Source: Candidatus Saccharimonadales bacterium (GTDB taxonomy: Bacteria > Patescibacteriota > Saccharimonadia > Saccharimonadales > UBA4665). From it: a stretch of DNA of 64,000 nucleotides. The notes beneath the pieces were generated by a model, which saw only the letters and a list, made by a program, of their open reading frames with translations, searched no databases and was not told where the DNA came from. Positions 49,459 to 59,776 of this stretch are shown here, in pieces. Where the stretch lies: contig DASZYD010000013.1 in the NCBI GenBank assembly GCA_035545555.1, forward strand, positions 5,725 through 69,724, written 5' to 3'. The number at the start of each line of letters is the position of its first letter. Position 1 is the first letter of the stretch. A program made the translations under genes and the position numbers.

Positions 49459-50520
49459 ATGCTTAAGGTATATGCTCATCAGCTAATCGATGCAGCACTA
49501 ACAGATATGGACGCCGGCAACAATCCCAATTCGGCCGATGACAGCTCACTCGAGGGCTCGACCACCGTCGTAGAGCCCACAGCGGGCAGTCCTGTCGTAC
49601 CCGGTGCACCCGCCGCTGCCCCGGGGCAGCCAGCCGGCGACACGGCTACGCCTCCGACATCGCAACCCAAACGCCGCTTTTCGCTACGGTATCTTTTCCG
49701 TCGATTCAATATCTATTTGCTGGCGTTCATCCTCCTGCTCGTAGTTGCAGGCGTCGTAGGTACTATCTTCTACCTCAAATCGCAGAACGGCACCATCGGC
49801 AGCAATGTCCCCTCGCAGGCGCTGACACAAGACGAGCTGAACCAACTCGCCAACAGTGATGTAAGCGTGGGCGAGCCGCAGCACACCCTGAATGTCCAAA
49901 GCAATGCCGTCTTTGCCGGCAGCGTGCTGATGCGCGGCAACCTGCAGATCGCCGGTACTTTGCAAGTAGGCAATAACTTGGCCATCAACGGCGTGCGCGT
50001 CACCGGCAACAGCACGTTCGACGATGTGCAGATCACCCACTCGCTGTCGCTTACCGGCAACGCGTCAATCCAGGGGCAGCTCAATGTGCAGAGCAATCTG
50101 GGCGTCAATGGCACCGGCACGTTCCAGGGGGCGCTGTCCGCGCCGTCGATCACCGTGAGCGCGCTGCAGCTCAACGGCAACCTGAACCTGACTCACCACA
50201 TTACGGCCGGCGGCGGCACGCCGGCGCGCAGCAACGGCTCAGCACTGGGCGGCGGCGGCACGGCGACTGTCAGCGGGTCTGACACGGCCGGATCAGTCAA
50301 CATCAACACCGGCAGTAGCCCCGGTGTCGGCTGCTTCGTGACGATCACCTTTGCTAGTGCGTTCAACAGCACACCGCATATCGTAATCACGCCGGTCGGC
50401 GCGGCAGCCGCCGGCATCGACTATTACATTACCCGCACTACCACTACCTTCAGTATTTGTACCACCTCTGCCGCACCGGGCGGCACCTCATTCGGCTTCG
50501 ACTACCTCGCGTTCGACTAA
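49459..50520 (+). CDS. N-terminally TM-anchored fibre-like protein with beta-helical repeats and a conserved ~110-aa C-terminal domain
   Basis: Disordered N-terminus, the TM segment IYLLAFILLLVVAGVVGTIFYL, short repeats (NLQIAGTLQVGNNLAINGVRVTGNSTF...LSLTGNASIQGQLNVQSNLGVNGTGTF), and a C-terminal domain shared with the 61380..63443 protein. Confidence 0.65.
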   Translation: MLKVYAHQLIDAALTDMDAGNNPNSADDSSLEGSTTVVEPTAGSPVVPGAPAAAPGQPAGDTATPPTSQPKRRFSLRYLFRRFNIYLLAFILLLVVAGVVGTIFYLKSQNGTIGSNVPSQALTQDELNQLANSDVSVGEPQHTLNVQSNAVFAGSVLMRGNLQIAGTLQVGNNLAINGVRVTGNSTFDDVQITHSLSLTGNASIQGQLNVQSNLGVNGTGTFQGALSAPSITVSALQLNGNLNLTHHITAGGGTPARSNGSALGGGGTATVSGSDTAGSVNINTGSSPGVGCFVTITFASAFNSTPHIVITPVGAAAAGIDYYITRTTTTFSICTTSAAPGGTSFGFDYLAFD

Positions 50521-50574
50521 CCCTATATTGGCTATTTCCTCTGCCTTCCCGGCCATAGGGAACAACTTATCGCA

Positions 50575-50904
50575 TTACACTTCCAGAAACACGGTGACGA
50601 CATTGCTGTGGACCTGCATCACGCCGCCGGAAATCTTGATGCGAATCTCGCCTTCTTTGGTCTGCAGCACCAAATCGGACGAATTGAGCAGCGTGATGAA
50701 GTTGCGATGCCGCGGCAGAATATCGAACGCGCCGGTGCCGTTCACGCCGGACACACTGACCGCCTCGGCGTCGTAGAAGACCCGGAATGGCGACCAGACT
50801 TTGACATGCAACAGATCGTCAGCTGGTTTGGCAGCCTGCTTTGCGCCGGCCGGTTCGTCAACGGCGACCAACTGGCCCGTGCTGGCGTCGGTGCGCATTG
50901 CCAC
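50575..50904 (-). CDS. F-type ATPase epsilon-like subunit (beta-sandwich domain only)
   Basis: LLHVKVWSPFRVFYDAEAVSVSGVNGTGAFDILPRHRNFITLL..SDLVLQ...GEIRIKISGGVMQVHSNVVTVFLE parallels the AtpC N-domain (L.V.IV.P...F......V..P...G..GILP.H.P......G...I.......V.GGF.EV..N.V.IL). It has no C-terminal helical hairpin. Confidence 0.7.
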   Translation of the reverse strand: MAMRTDASTGQLVAVDEPAGAKQAAKPADDLLHVKVWSPFRVFYDAEAVSVSGVNGTGAFDILPRHRNFITLLNSSDLVLQTKEGEIRIKISGGVMQVHSNVVTVFLEV

Positions 50905-50930
50905 GGCCTAGAGTCTCCTCACACTGCACA

Positions 50931-53091
<2,161 letters not shown>

Positions 53092-53119
<28 letters not shown>

Positions 53120-53245
53120 GAGACAAACCCTTGCAGGGTTTTTCTCATCGGAGCTGGCGGAGTGAATCCGCCTCCCGTCTGCGACGGGACCGCCCTTGCT
53201 CTTTTCCCAAATAACCGGCTACTGATCATTTCCGTACCTCTTGGG
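53092..53245. repeat. exact 20-bp direct repeat (53092-53111 and 53226-53245) bracketing a 114-bp hairpin-rich intergenic insert
   Basis: TCATTTCCGTACCTCTTGGG occurs twice. On the coding strand it contains GGTACGGAAATGA, which is the alpha stop at one copy and the gamma ATG region at the other. The spacer holds three stem-loops: GAGACAAACCCT/AGGGTTTTTCTC, GGCGGA/TCCGCC and TCCCGTC/GACGGGA. Confidence 0.85.
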
Positions 53246-54653
53246 TGCTGGCGGTGAGGAGTTCGTCGCGTATCTGGTCGAACTGGCTATCGTCGGTCAT
53301 CTTGGCGCCGATACCCAGGGCATTCTTTTTGAGCGTCTTGATGTCGAGCACCTGGCCGTCTTTCAGATTGAGCACGATGTCCAGCATGAGCAGCTGGCTG
53401 TTGACCGAGTAGACTTCATCAGGTGCCTGGTTGAAGAGTTCGATGATGCGCTTGCCGCGCTGCAGGTCCTTTTGCGCTTCCAATGCCAGCTCGGAGCCGA
53501 AATGCGAGAACTCCTGCGCTTGCGCGTAGGCGTTAAGCGTCGAGATCGTCTGCGCCGCCAGCTGTTTCTGGCGCCTGTTTTGGCCCAAGCCGCCGACGCG
53601 CGTGACGCTGAGGCCCGTGCTGACCGCCGGCCGCATCGATTCACGGAACGTCTTCATATCCAAAATCCACTGCCCGTCGGTGATGGACATGATATTGGTC
53701 GGCAGATATCCGGTGATATCACCATCCGATGCCAGCACAATAGGCAGCGCCGTGAGCGTTTTGTGATTCGCCTTGAGCTTGCCGGCCCGTTCAAGCAGGC
53801 TGGAGTGTGCATAGAACATGTCGCCCGGGTACGAATCCCGGCCCGGCGCGCTGCCCGTGAGGAGCGCGATCTCTCGGTAGGTGTAGGCGTGACTGGTGAG
53901 GTCGTCGTAAATGATCATCACATCTTGGTCACACTTCTGCCAGAGATATTCGCCCATGGCGCAGGCCACGTACGGCGCCAGATAGCTTGTCACCAGCGAC
54001 TCAAACGTCGTCGAGACAATGACGATGGCATGCTTCATGGCATCGTTGGCAGCCAGCTTGCTGAGCAGCAGGTCAACATCGCTGCGCCGCTTGGAAATAA
54101 GCACATAGATGGCGACCACATCAGAGTCTTTTTGGTTGAGCGCCAGCTGGTAGGCCAAGGTGCTCTTGCCGGACTTGCTGTCGCCCAGCACGGCCAGGCG
54201 CTGGCCGCGCACCAGCGGGAAGAGCTCATCCAATACCATCAGGCCGGTCACCAGTTGCCTGTCCAGCGCCTCGCGCTCCTGCAGGCCCGGCGCGGCGTTA
54301 AAGACCGGCCACGTCGTATCGGCCGCAATCGGCCCCTTGCCGTCAAGCGGCTCGCCGGTTACCGAAATGACCCGGCCGATAAAATCTTTGCCTACTTTGC
54401 TGACCAGTTCGTGGTGCTGTACCACCGCCATCATGCCGGCGTGCAGGACGTTCACGCCCAGGTGGAGCACCACCACCCGGTCCTCCAGAATGTGGCGGAC
54501 AAAGCCTTTGCTGCCGTCCTCAAACATGACCAGTGCATTGACGTTCACCGGCTGCAAGCCGCGTACCTGCACCATAAATTTATCGACGGTAATCACTTCG
54601 CCGACGGGGCGGCTGCTTTCTACCAGATGGTCGAAGTGCGGATTGTCACTCAT
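53226..54653 (-). CDS. F1 ATPase alpha-like subunit (divergent, 475 aa)
   Basis: Carries P-loop GDSKSGKST (canonical GDRQTGKT), [17 protein letters not shown] (YDDLSKQAVAYR), [39 protein letters not shown] and [16 protein letters not shown] (Arg-finger context). Confidence 0.85.
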   Translation of the reverse strand: MSDNPHFDHLVESSRPVGEVITVDKFMVQVRGLQPVNVNALVMFEDGSKGFVRHILEDRVVVLHLGVNVLHAGMMAVVQHHELVSKVGKDFIGRVISVTGEPLDGKGPIAADTTWPVFNAAPGLQEREALDRQLVTGLMVLDELFPLVRGQRLAVLGDSKSGKSTLAYQLALNQKDSDVVAIYVLISKRRSDVDLLLSKLAANDAMKHAIVIVSTTFESLVTSYLAPYVACAMGEYLWQKCDQDVMIIYDDLTSHAYTYREIALLTGSAPGRDSYPGDMFYAHSSLLERAGKLKANHKTLTALPIVLASDGDITGYLPTNIMSITDGQWILDMKTFRESMRPAVSTGLSVTRVGGLGQNRRQKQLAAQTISTLNAYAQAQEFSHFGSELALEAQKDLQRGKRIIELFNQAPDEVYSVNSQLLMLDIVLNLKDGQVLDIKTLKKNALGIGAKMTDDSQFDQIRDELLTASTQEVRK

Positions 54654-55209
54654 GCATGGCCTCCGCCGACACCGTAGCCATGGGTGCGGCTGCTGCAGCG
54701 GGGGCGTCGGCCGCGGCAGCTACCAGGCTATCGACCAACAGCTGCCGGTGGTCCTGCAAGTAGCGCCGCAGCGACAGATCAAAGTACTGGTTAGTGGTCT
54801 GTACCGTGCAGCCGGCCGCAATGCTGGGCTGCAAACCGACACGGATCAATACCGCCGGATGGATAGTTTGGCGGAACCACTGCACGATCTTCTGCAAAAA
54901 GGCCGATGATGGGTCAACCGCAAAACTCATATGTACCACCGGCGCCTGCGCGGTCGTATCTTGCAAAAAAGCTGCCAGCCGGGCGCGCGCAGCCGCGTCA
55001 AGAAGGTTCAGCCCGTTCGCCGCCGCCAGCTCATCGAGCATACGGCTGACTTTGGGCAGCTGCGCCTGCGTGGTGCCTGGGGTCCGCAGCGCCTGCTGGT
55101 GCAAGTAGTCGCTCAGTGCTGCCACCTCGCGCTTGAGGCGCGATACATCAGCCGGGGAGGTCACCAGCAACGGTAGCGTCAGAGTGCCGGGGATGGTCGT
55201 ATGTTCCAT
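54646..55209 (-). CDS. F-type ATPase delta/OSCP-like subunit (only the C-terminal domain recognisable)
   Basis: [22 protein letters not shown]...[32 protein letters not shown] parallels the AtpH C-domain (...VDPSLIGG..V..GD.V.D.S....L). It sits between the b-like and alpha-like genes, overlapping the alpha start. Confidence 0.6.
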   Translation of the reverse strand: MEHTTIPGTLTLPLLVTSPADVSRLKREVAALSDYLHQQALRTPGTTQAQLPKVSRMLDELAAANGLNLLDAAARARLAAFLQDTTAQAPVVHMSFAVDPSSAFLQKIVQWFRQTIHPAVLIRVGLQPSIAAGCTVQTTNQYFDLSLRRYLQDHRQLLVDSLVAAAADAPAAAAAPMATVSAEAMHE

Positions 55210-55212
55210 AGC

Positions 55213-55839
55213 CTACGCTCCGCGGCTGATATCTTCCAATATCGCACGTTTATTCGTCTCAAGTTCGCCAAGAATGTACTCCAGCTGATCGCCCAGATTG
55301 ATCTGGTTGCCGATGGCCGTCATGAGATAATGGTTGACGATTGTCGCGGTGTTGTCGGTAAAGCGCTGGATGATCTGCGCCTTCTCGGCTGCAATCTGCT
55401 CCTGCACCTGTTTGCTCAGCTGGGCGCGCTGTTCGTCGATGGCCTGGTTCGTCTTCTGGATGGAGTCGATGGCGAGCTGCTTGGCGTCCATGATCGACTG
55501 CTCATACTTGGCAAACTCTTCCTGCAGCTTCTTGGTGATCTCCGCCTTCATGTACTCGTTCAGCTGGCTGGTCGTCAGGCGCAGGTCCTGCTGCAGAAAC
55601 ATCGCGTTCTCACCGATGATCTTCTCGAAGTGCAGGCGGCCGCGGTTGCGCAGCTCTTCGCGGAACTCGGCATTGAAGATGTGTTCGACGTCTTCCTCGG
55701 CTGCTTTGCTATAGTCGGCAACGGCTTTCTTGGCCGGGCGGACGCCGGCGGCGCTTCCCAGACGCACCGCCACCCAGACGAACGCCAGCCCTGCGGCCCC
55801 CAAGATGCCGAGCATTCCGCCGAGCCACCAAATCGTCAT
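55213..55839 (-). CDS. F-type ATPase b-like peripheral stalk subunit
   Basis: One N-terminal TM helix (WWLGGMLGILGAAGLAFVWVAV), then ~170 aa of heptad-like charged helix. Called from position and architecture, not sequence identity. Confidence 0.6.
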   Translation of the reverse strand: MTIWWLGGMLGILGAAGLAFVWVAVRLGSAAGVRPAKKAVADYSKAAEEDVEHIFNAEFREELRNRGRLHFEKIIGENAMFLQQDLRLTTSQLNEYMKAEITKKLQEEFAKYEQSIMDAKQLAIDSIQKTNQAIDEQRAQLSKQVQEQIAAEKAQIIQRFTDNTATIVNHYLMTAIGNQINLGDQLEYILGELETNKRAILEDISRGA

Positions 55840-55867
55840 GTCTTTATACCCACCGCCCTGCTTACGC

Positions 55868-56713
55868 TTATAACCTTAGTAACAAATATACCGCAAACAG
55901 ACCAATGATTAAAATGGTCACACTGGTAAGGATGATCTGGACCAGCCCGCGCACGATTGACTGCTTGGCAAGCGGGTTACGGCCGATCGAGATAATACTG
56001 CCGCGCACCCCGCTGTACAGCACACCGCCGGCGATGAGCGCGGTAATGGCCAGCACCGCCAGGCTCAGCCAAACGCGCGGTGCGCTAACCGGTTTAGCGG
56101 CGATGGAGTTGCCCGCCACCTGCAGAAAGCCGGGCAGATTGCCGGTGCCATGGCCCAGGTTCGGGTTGCCCGCCACGTTCAGATCGACCGGAATACTGCC
56201 GATGGCTACCGTCTGTTTGCCGCTGCCCGTTTGCAGCGTCGCCGTGCTCACGGTATTGCCGGCGCCGGTAAACGCAACCGCGGCTTTGCCCAGCACGATG
56301 ATCTGGCTGTTGTCGGCTTTCATGCCGACACCATTGAGCGCGGAAATGGTAATGTAATCGCCAACGCTGATAGCCCCGTTCTGGTTGCTCACCAGCACGC
56401 TGTAGCGGCCGGAGGTAGCTACATAGACCTGAGCCGTATCACCGTTGCCTGTCAGCGATAGTGGCGCGTCACTGGCCGGGATGGACACGCCGAGCATTGC
56501 GGTGTCACGGTCGTTCGTCAGCGGTATGACCTTGGTCGTATCGTGCGGATCGAGCCCTACGATCATCCCCTGCCGAATCGCCGTCCCCGCATCATAGGCC
56601 GTCACGACCGGTGACCCGCTGGTCGTCGCACTGGCAGCCACAGCCACACCGGCCGCCCCCACCGGTAAAAGGAGTACGGCAAACGCGAGTACGATACGGC
56701 GAAGCGTAAACAT
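55868..56713 (-). CDS. secreted ~200-aa beta-rich domain fused to a c-subunit-like TM hairpin (occupies the atpE slot)
   Basis: The signal peptide (LLLPVGAAGVAVAAS) is followed by a soluble domain and a C-terminal hairpin, WLSLAVLAITALIAGGVLYSGVRGSIISIGRNPLAKQSIVRGLVQIILTSVTILIIGLFAVYLLLRL. The hairpin has a GRNP loop (canonical c subunits: A-R-Q/N-P) and 34 residues from the loop Pro to the C-terminus, the same as in Bacillus-type c subunits. Neither helix contains Asp or Glu. Confidence 0.6.
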   Translation of the reverse strand: MFTLRRIVLAFAVLLLPVGAAGVAVAASATTSGSPVVTAYDAGTAIRQGMIVGLDPHDTTKVIPLTNDRDTAMLGVSIPASDAPLSLTGNGDTAQVYVATSGRYSVLVSNQNGAISVGDYITISALNGVGMKADNSQIIVLGKAAVAFTGAGNTVSTATLQTGSGKQTVAIGSIPVDLNVAGNPNLGHGTGNLPGFLQVAGNSIAAKPVSAPRVWLSLAVLAITALIAGGVLYSGVRGSIISIGRNPLAKQSIVRGLVQIILTSVTILIIGLFAVYLLLRL

Positions 56714-56742
56714 CTTACCCCAGTATAACCATGGTGCCAGAG

Positions 56743-57879
56743 CTAGGCAATGAGGCCGGCGAGCGCTTCGACGGTTCGTCGGATATCCGGCTCGGCCGTA
56801 CCACGACCCATGGTAAACCGCAGCGATGATTGTGCGGCAGCATCGCTCAGGCCCATGGCGCGCAGTACATGCGAGGGTTCTTCGTCGCTCGCCGCACAGG
56901 CCGATCCGGCAGCCGCCATGATGCCCGCTTCGTCCAGCGCCATCAGCAGCCGCTCGTTATCCTGCCCGGCCAGCGTGACATGCACATTATTCGGGAGGCG
57001 ATGGCGCCGCGAACCGTTGATGCTCGCGCCCGGCAGTTGCTCCAGCAGCTCAAAAAAGAGTGCTTGCAGCGTGCGGAGCCGGCCGGCCTCGGCAGCGCGC
57101 ATATCCTGCGCAATCTCTAGCGCTTTACAAAAGCCGATGATACCCGGCACATTCTCCGTACCGCTGCGCAGCCCCCGCTCCTGCCCACCACCATACACCA
57201 GCGGTTTGAGCGCTACGCCGGTTCGTGCCCAGAGCGCGCCTGTCTGTTTAGGCCCATAGATTTTGCCCCCATTCAGAGTGAGCAGATCCACGCCAAGCCG
57301 TGAGACATGCAGATCGAGATAATTCGCCGCCTGGGTAGCGTCGCTATGCAGATAGAGCGGTAAGCTGTTACCGCGCCGCCGCCGGCCAGCCAGCACCTGA
57401 CGCACCAGCGCCGCCACCTCGCGCAGCGGCTGAACGGCACCGACTTCGTTGTTGGCATATTGCACGCTCACCAGCACCGTATTGTCATCAATCAGCTTCT
57501 CAAGCGCCGATACGTCCAGCACACCATCGGGACGTACCGGTGCCTCGGCATGTGCGTAGGCGCGGGCCGTTGCCAGGATAGATTCGTGCTCAATGCTGCT
57601 GACGATCATCCGCGCACCCGGAAAAGCCTGCATTACGCCATGGATCGCCAGGTTGTTCGCCTCAGTGCCGCCGGCCGTAAACAAGACGTCGGCCGGTCGG
57701 GCGCCAAGCACACCGGCAACACCCGCCCGCGCCGCTTCTACGTCACGGTGCACCGCTTTGGCCGCCAGATACGTCGCCGAGGGATTGAAGAACTGCTCCC
57801 GAAAGTATGGCTGCATGGCTGCCAGCACACGCTCATCCGGCGGTGTGGCAGCAGCATAGTCAAGATAAATCGTATGCAT
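56743..57879 (-). CDS. cysteine desulfurase (class V aminotransferase, NifS/IscS-like)
   Basis: Carries FTAGGTEANN, HSDATQA, the PLP-Lys context LNGGKIYGPKQTG and the catalytic Cys loop AAGSACAAS. Confidence 0.88.
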   Translation of the reverse strand: MHTIYLDYAAATPPDERVLAAMQPYFREQFFNPSATYLAAKAVHRDVEAARAGVAGVLGARPADVLFTAGGTEANNLAIHGVMQAFPGARMIVSSIEHESILATARAYAHAEAPVRPDGVLDVSALEKLIDDNTVLVSVQYANNEVGAVQPLREVAALVRQVLAGRRRRGNSLPLYLHSDATQAANYLDLHVSRLGVDLLTLNGGKIYGPKQTGALWARTGVALKPLVYGGGQERGLRSGTENVPGIIGFCKALEIAQDMRAAEAGRLRTLQALFFELLEQLPGASINGSRRHRLPNNVHVTLAGQDNERLLMALDEAGIMAAAGSACAASDEEPSHVLRAMGLSDAAAQSSLRFTMGRGTAEPDIRRTVEALAGLIA

Positions 57880-57904
57880 TACTGTCTAGTATACGGCCCT
57901 CAGG

Positions 57905-58282
57905 CTACGCGCCTTGGGCAATGCGTTGCAGCTCGGTACCGACCTTGCGGGAATAAAGTTGGATGGCAGCATAGAAGTTGCGCAATTCTTCATCGCTCAG
58001 CGACTGGTATACGCTGTCGCCCTGCGACTTCACAATGCCGGTTGGCCGCACGTCATAGCGCGTGGTCATCACACGGTGCCTGCCCTGCGCATCGTTCCAT
58101 TCTTCGTGCCAGACCCAGGTGTGCGGATCCAGGCAGAAAAATTCGCGGCGTACCCCTTTCGGTACCGGGCCGAACAGCTCGCCGCCCAGGCGCGCCTCGT
58201 AGTGCAGCAGTGCCCGCTGGATGTCGGCACGGCGGCGGGCCTGCTTCTGCTCACGCGTCCGGTTCAACATGCTACGCAGCAC
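57905..58282 (-). CDS. hypothetical protein (125 aa)
   Basis: An ORF with a plausible basic N-terminus and a Trp-rich core (FFCLDPHTWVWHEEWND). No family recognised. Confidence 0.45.
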   Translation of the reverse strand: MLRSMLNRTREQKQARRRADIQRALLHYEARLGGELFGPVPKGVRREFFCLDPHTWVWHEEWNDAQGRHRVMTTRYDVRPTGIVKSQGDSVYQSLSDEELRNFYAAIQLYSRKVGTELQRIAQGA

Positions 58283-58934
58283 GGTGCACCTCTGGGATAT
58301 CCGATTGCGCCGGCGTCATAGCGAGTGCCGCAACCACGGCCTGCCGGGCCTGCGCCGCGCGGTCAAGCGCAACCGGTGCTTGCTGGATTTCCGGCTGCAC
58401 CGGCGTAGCCGGCTGGGTCATACTTCTTTCATAAGGGATAGGCTGCCTAGCGCTGTCTTCGGCTGCCACTGCAGCAGCGTGTTGCGGAACCGGCTGCTGG
58501 CCGCTCGCCGCCGAGACGGCCGCCCTGGCCTTATCAAGCGAGATGGGCTCCCGGGCGGCTTGGGCAGGATGCTGCTGAGCGACGTTTGGTTGCTCTGGCG
58601 CGCGGAACGGGACGACATTGGCAGGATATACGTCAGTCTGGGCTGCTGGCCGGAAGGCCTCCGGCGCCGCCTCAGGTCGGGCGACAGCAGCAACGCCGAC
58701 ATTGCCAACTCCCTGATATAGCCGGTCGGCAGGCTCTGTCCCGACTACATTGCCAAAGACACGGTCAACGTGCATGCCGTTGGCAGGGTTAGCCGCGTAG
58801 ACCGCTTCTTTACCAGCCCTAAACGCCCGCTCAATCACTCCCCGTCTTTCCTGGGCAAACTGAGTAAGCGTAAGCTTTTCAAAAGACTGCTTTGTCCCAC
58901 CAAGAGATTCTAGTGGTGAATAATCGGGTGACAT
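58272..58934 (-). CDS. hypothetical Ala/Pro/Gln-rich protein (220 aa)
   Basis: A co-directional ORF overlapping the next gene by 11 nt, with a structured N-terminal ~70 aa and a low-complexity remainder. Confidence 0.4.
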   Translation of the reverse strand: MSPDYSPLESLGGTKQSFEKLTLTQFAQERRGVIERAFRAGKEAVYAANPANGMHVDRVFGNVVGTEPADRLYQGVGNVGVAAVARPEAAPEAFRPAAQTDVYPANVVPFRAPEQPNVAQQHPAQAAREPISLDKARAAVSAASGQQPVPQHAAAVAAEDSARQPIPYERSMTQPATPVQPEIQQAPVALDRAAQARQAVVAALAMTPAQSDIPEVHRAA

Positions 58935-58942
58935 AAGCGCCT

Positions 58943-59767
58943 CTATATATTGAAGAGCTGCCGTGCATTGCGCGTGGTCGCCTGGGCTAGTATTGCCAGC
59001 GATTCTCCTCGCGCTGCCGCCAAAAACTCTCCGATCACACGTATGTGACGTGGCTCACATATTTTACCGCGATCTGGCACTGGCGTCAAGAAGGGGGCGT
59101 CGGTTTCCAGAAGTAAATGATCCAGCGGGATCGAGCGGAACACCTCCTGTTGCATAGGGTTTTTGCTGAACGTCGCAATGCCGTTCACGCCAAGGTACAG
59201 ATTGTGATGTAGCGCACGCTGCAGATGCCCCGCCGAGTCGGTGAAGCTGTGCAGCACGCCCCGTATGGGGTTGGCGGCGGTATGGTAGCGCTCAAACACC
59301 GGCCAGAAGTCGTCGAACGCTTCACGCACATGAAAGACCATGGGCAGCTCGTGTTCTTGCGCCAGTTTGAGCTGGAACTCCAGCAGCGCCAGTTGCGCTT
59401 CGCGCGGCGAATGGCCGTAGAAATAGTCCAGCCCACACTCCCCCACCGCCACGACCTTTGGCCGCGTGGCCAGCGCCGCGAACACTTGGCGGGCCGCCGC
59501 GTCACCTGCATAGCGGGCAGCCTCGTGCGGGTGGATACCGATGGCGGCCCAGCAATTGTCGTGCGCTTCCGCAAACGCAACAGCGAGCCTGCTATCCTCG
59601 GCATCGCAGCCTACACACAGTAACCTGGTCACGCCTGCGTCGCGCGCCCGCCGGATGACCGCAGCAGCATCGGTAACAGCCCCCTTGGTCCACAACTCGC
59701 GGGTCGACTTTTCGCCGCCCGCCGCCCCGACCGACTGGATATGGCAGTGTGAGTCAAACAGTTCCAT
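58943..59767 (-). CDS. tatD: TatD family metal-dependent hydrolase
   Basis: LFDSHCHIQ, with the GECGLDY, HVREA, HSF and ETDAPFL motifs in canonical order. Confidence 0.9.
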   Translation of the reverse strand: MELFDSHCHIQSVGAAGGEKSTRELWTKGAVTDAAAVIRRARDAGVTRLLCVGCDAEDSRLAVAFAEAHDNCWAAIGIHPHEAARYAGDAAARQVFAALATRPKVVAVGECGLDYFYGHSPREAQLALLEFQLKLAQEHELPMVFHVREAFDDFWPVFERYHTAANPIRGVLHSFTDSAGHLQRALHHNLYLGVNGIATFSKNPMQQEVFRSIPLDHLLLETDAPFLTPVPDRGKICEPRHIRVIGEFLAAARGESLAILAQATTRNARQLFNI

Positions 59768-59776
59768 AGCGGACGC

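Noticed and set aside
53241-54677. 478-aa plus-strand ORF
   Set aside because: It lies exactly antisense to the alpha-like ATPase gene, which has clear P-loop and F1-alpha motifs. Its translation is Arg/Gln/His/Leu-rich with no motifs. This is a typical shadow ORF in GC-rich DNA.
55868-56713. Possibility that this ORF is a diverged ATP synthase subunit a
   Set aside because: It has only two C-terminal TM helices, not 5-6. It has a signal peptide and a long soluble domain, and no conserved Arg-containing helix. The hairpin matches subunit c grammar instead.
57460-58434. 324-aa plus-strand ORF spanning the cysteine desulfurase / hypothetical gene junction
   Set aside because: The translation is Arg/Cys/Ala-rich junk, antisense to a well-supported class V aminotransferase gene. 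It crosses an intergenic gap of the minus-strand genes.
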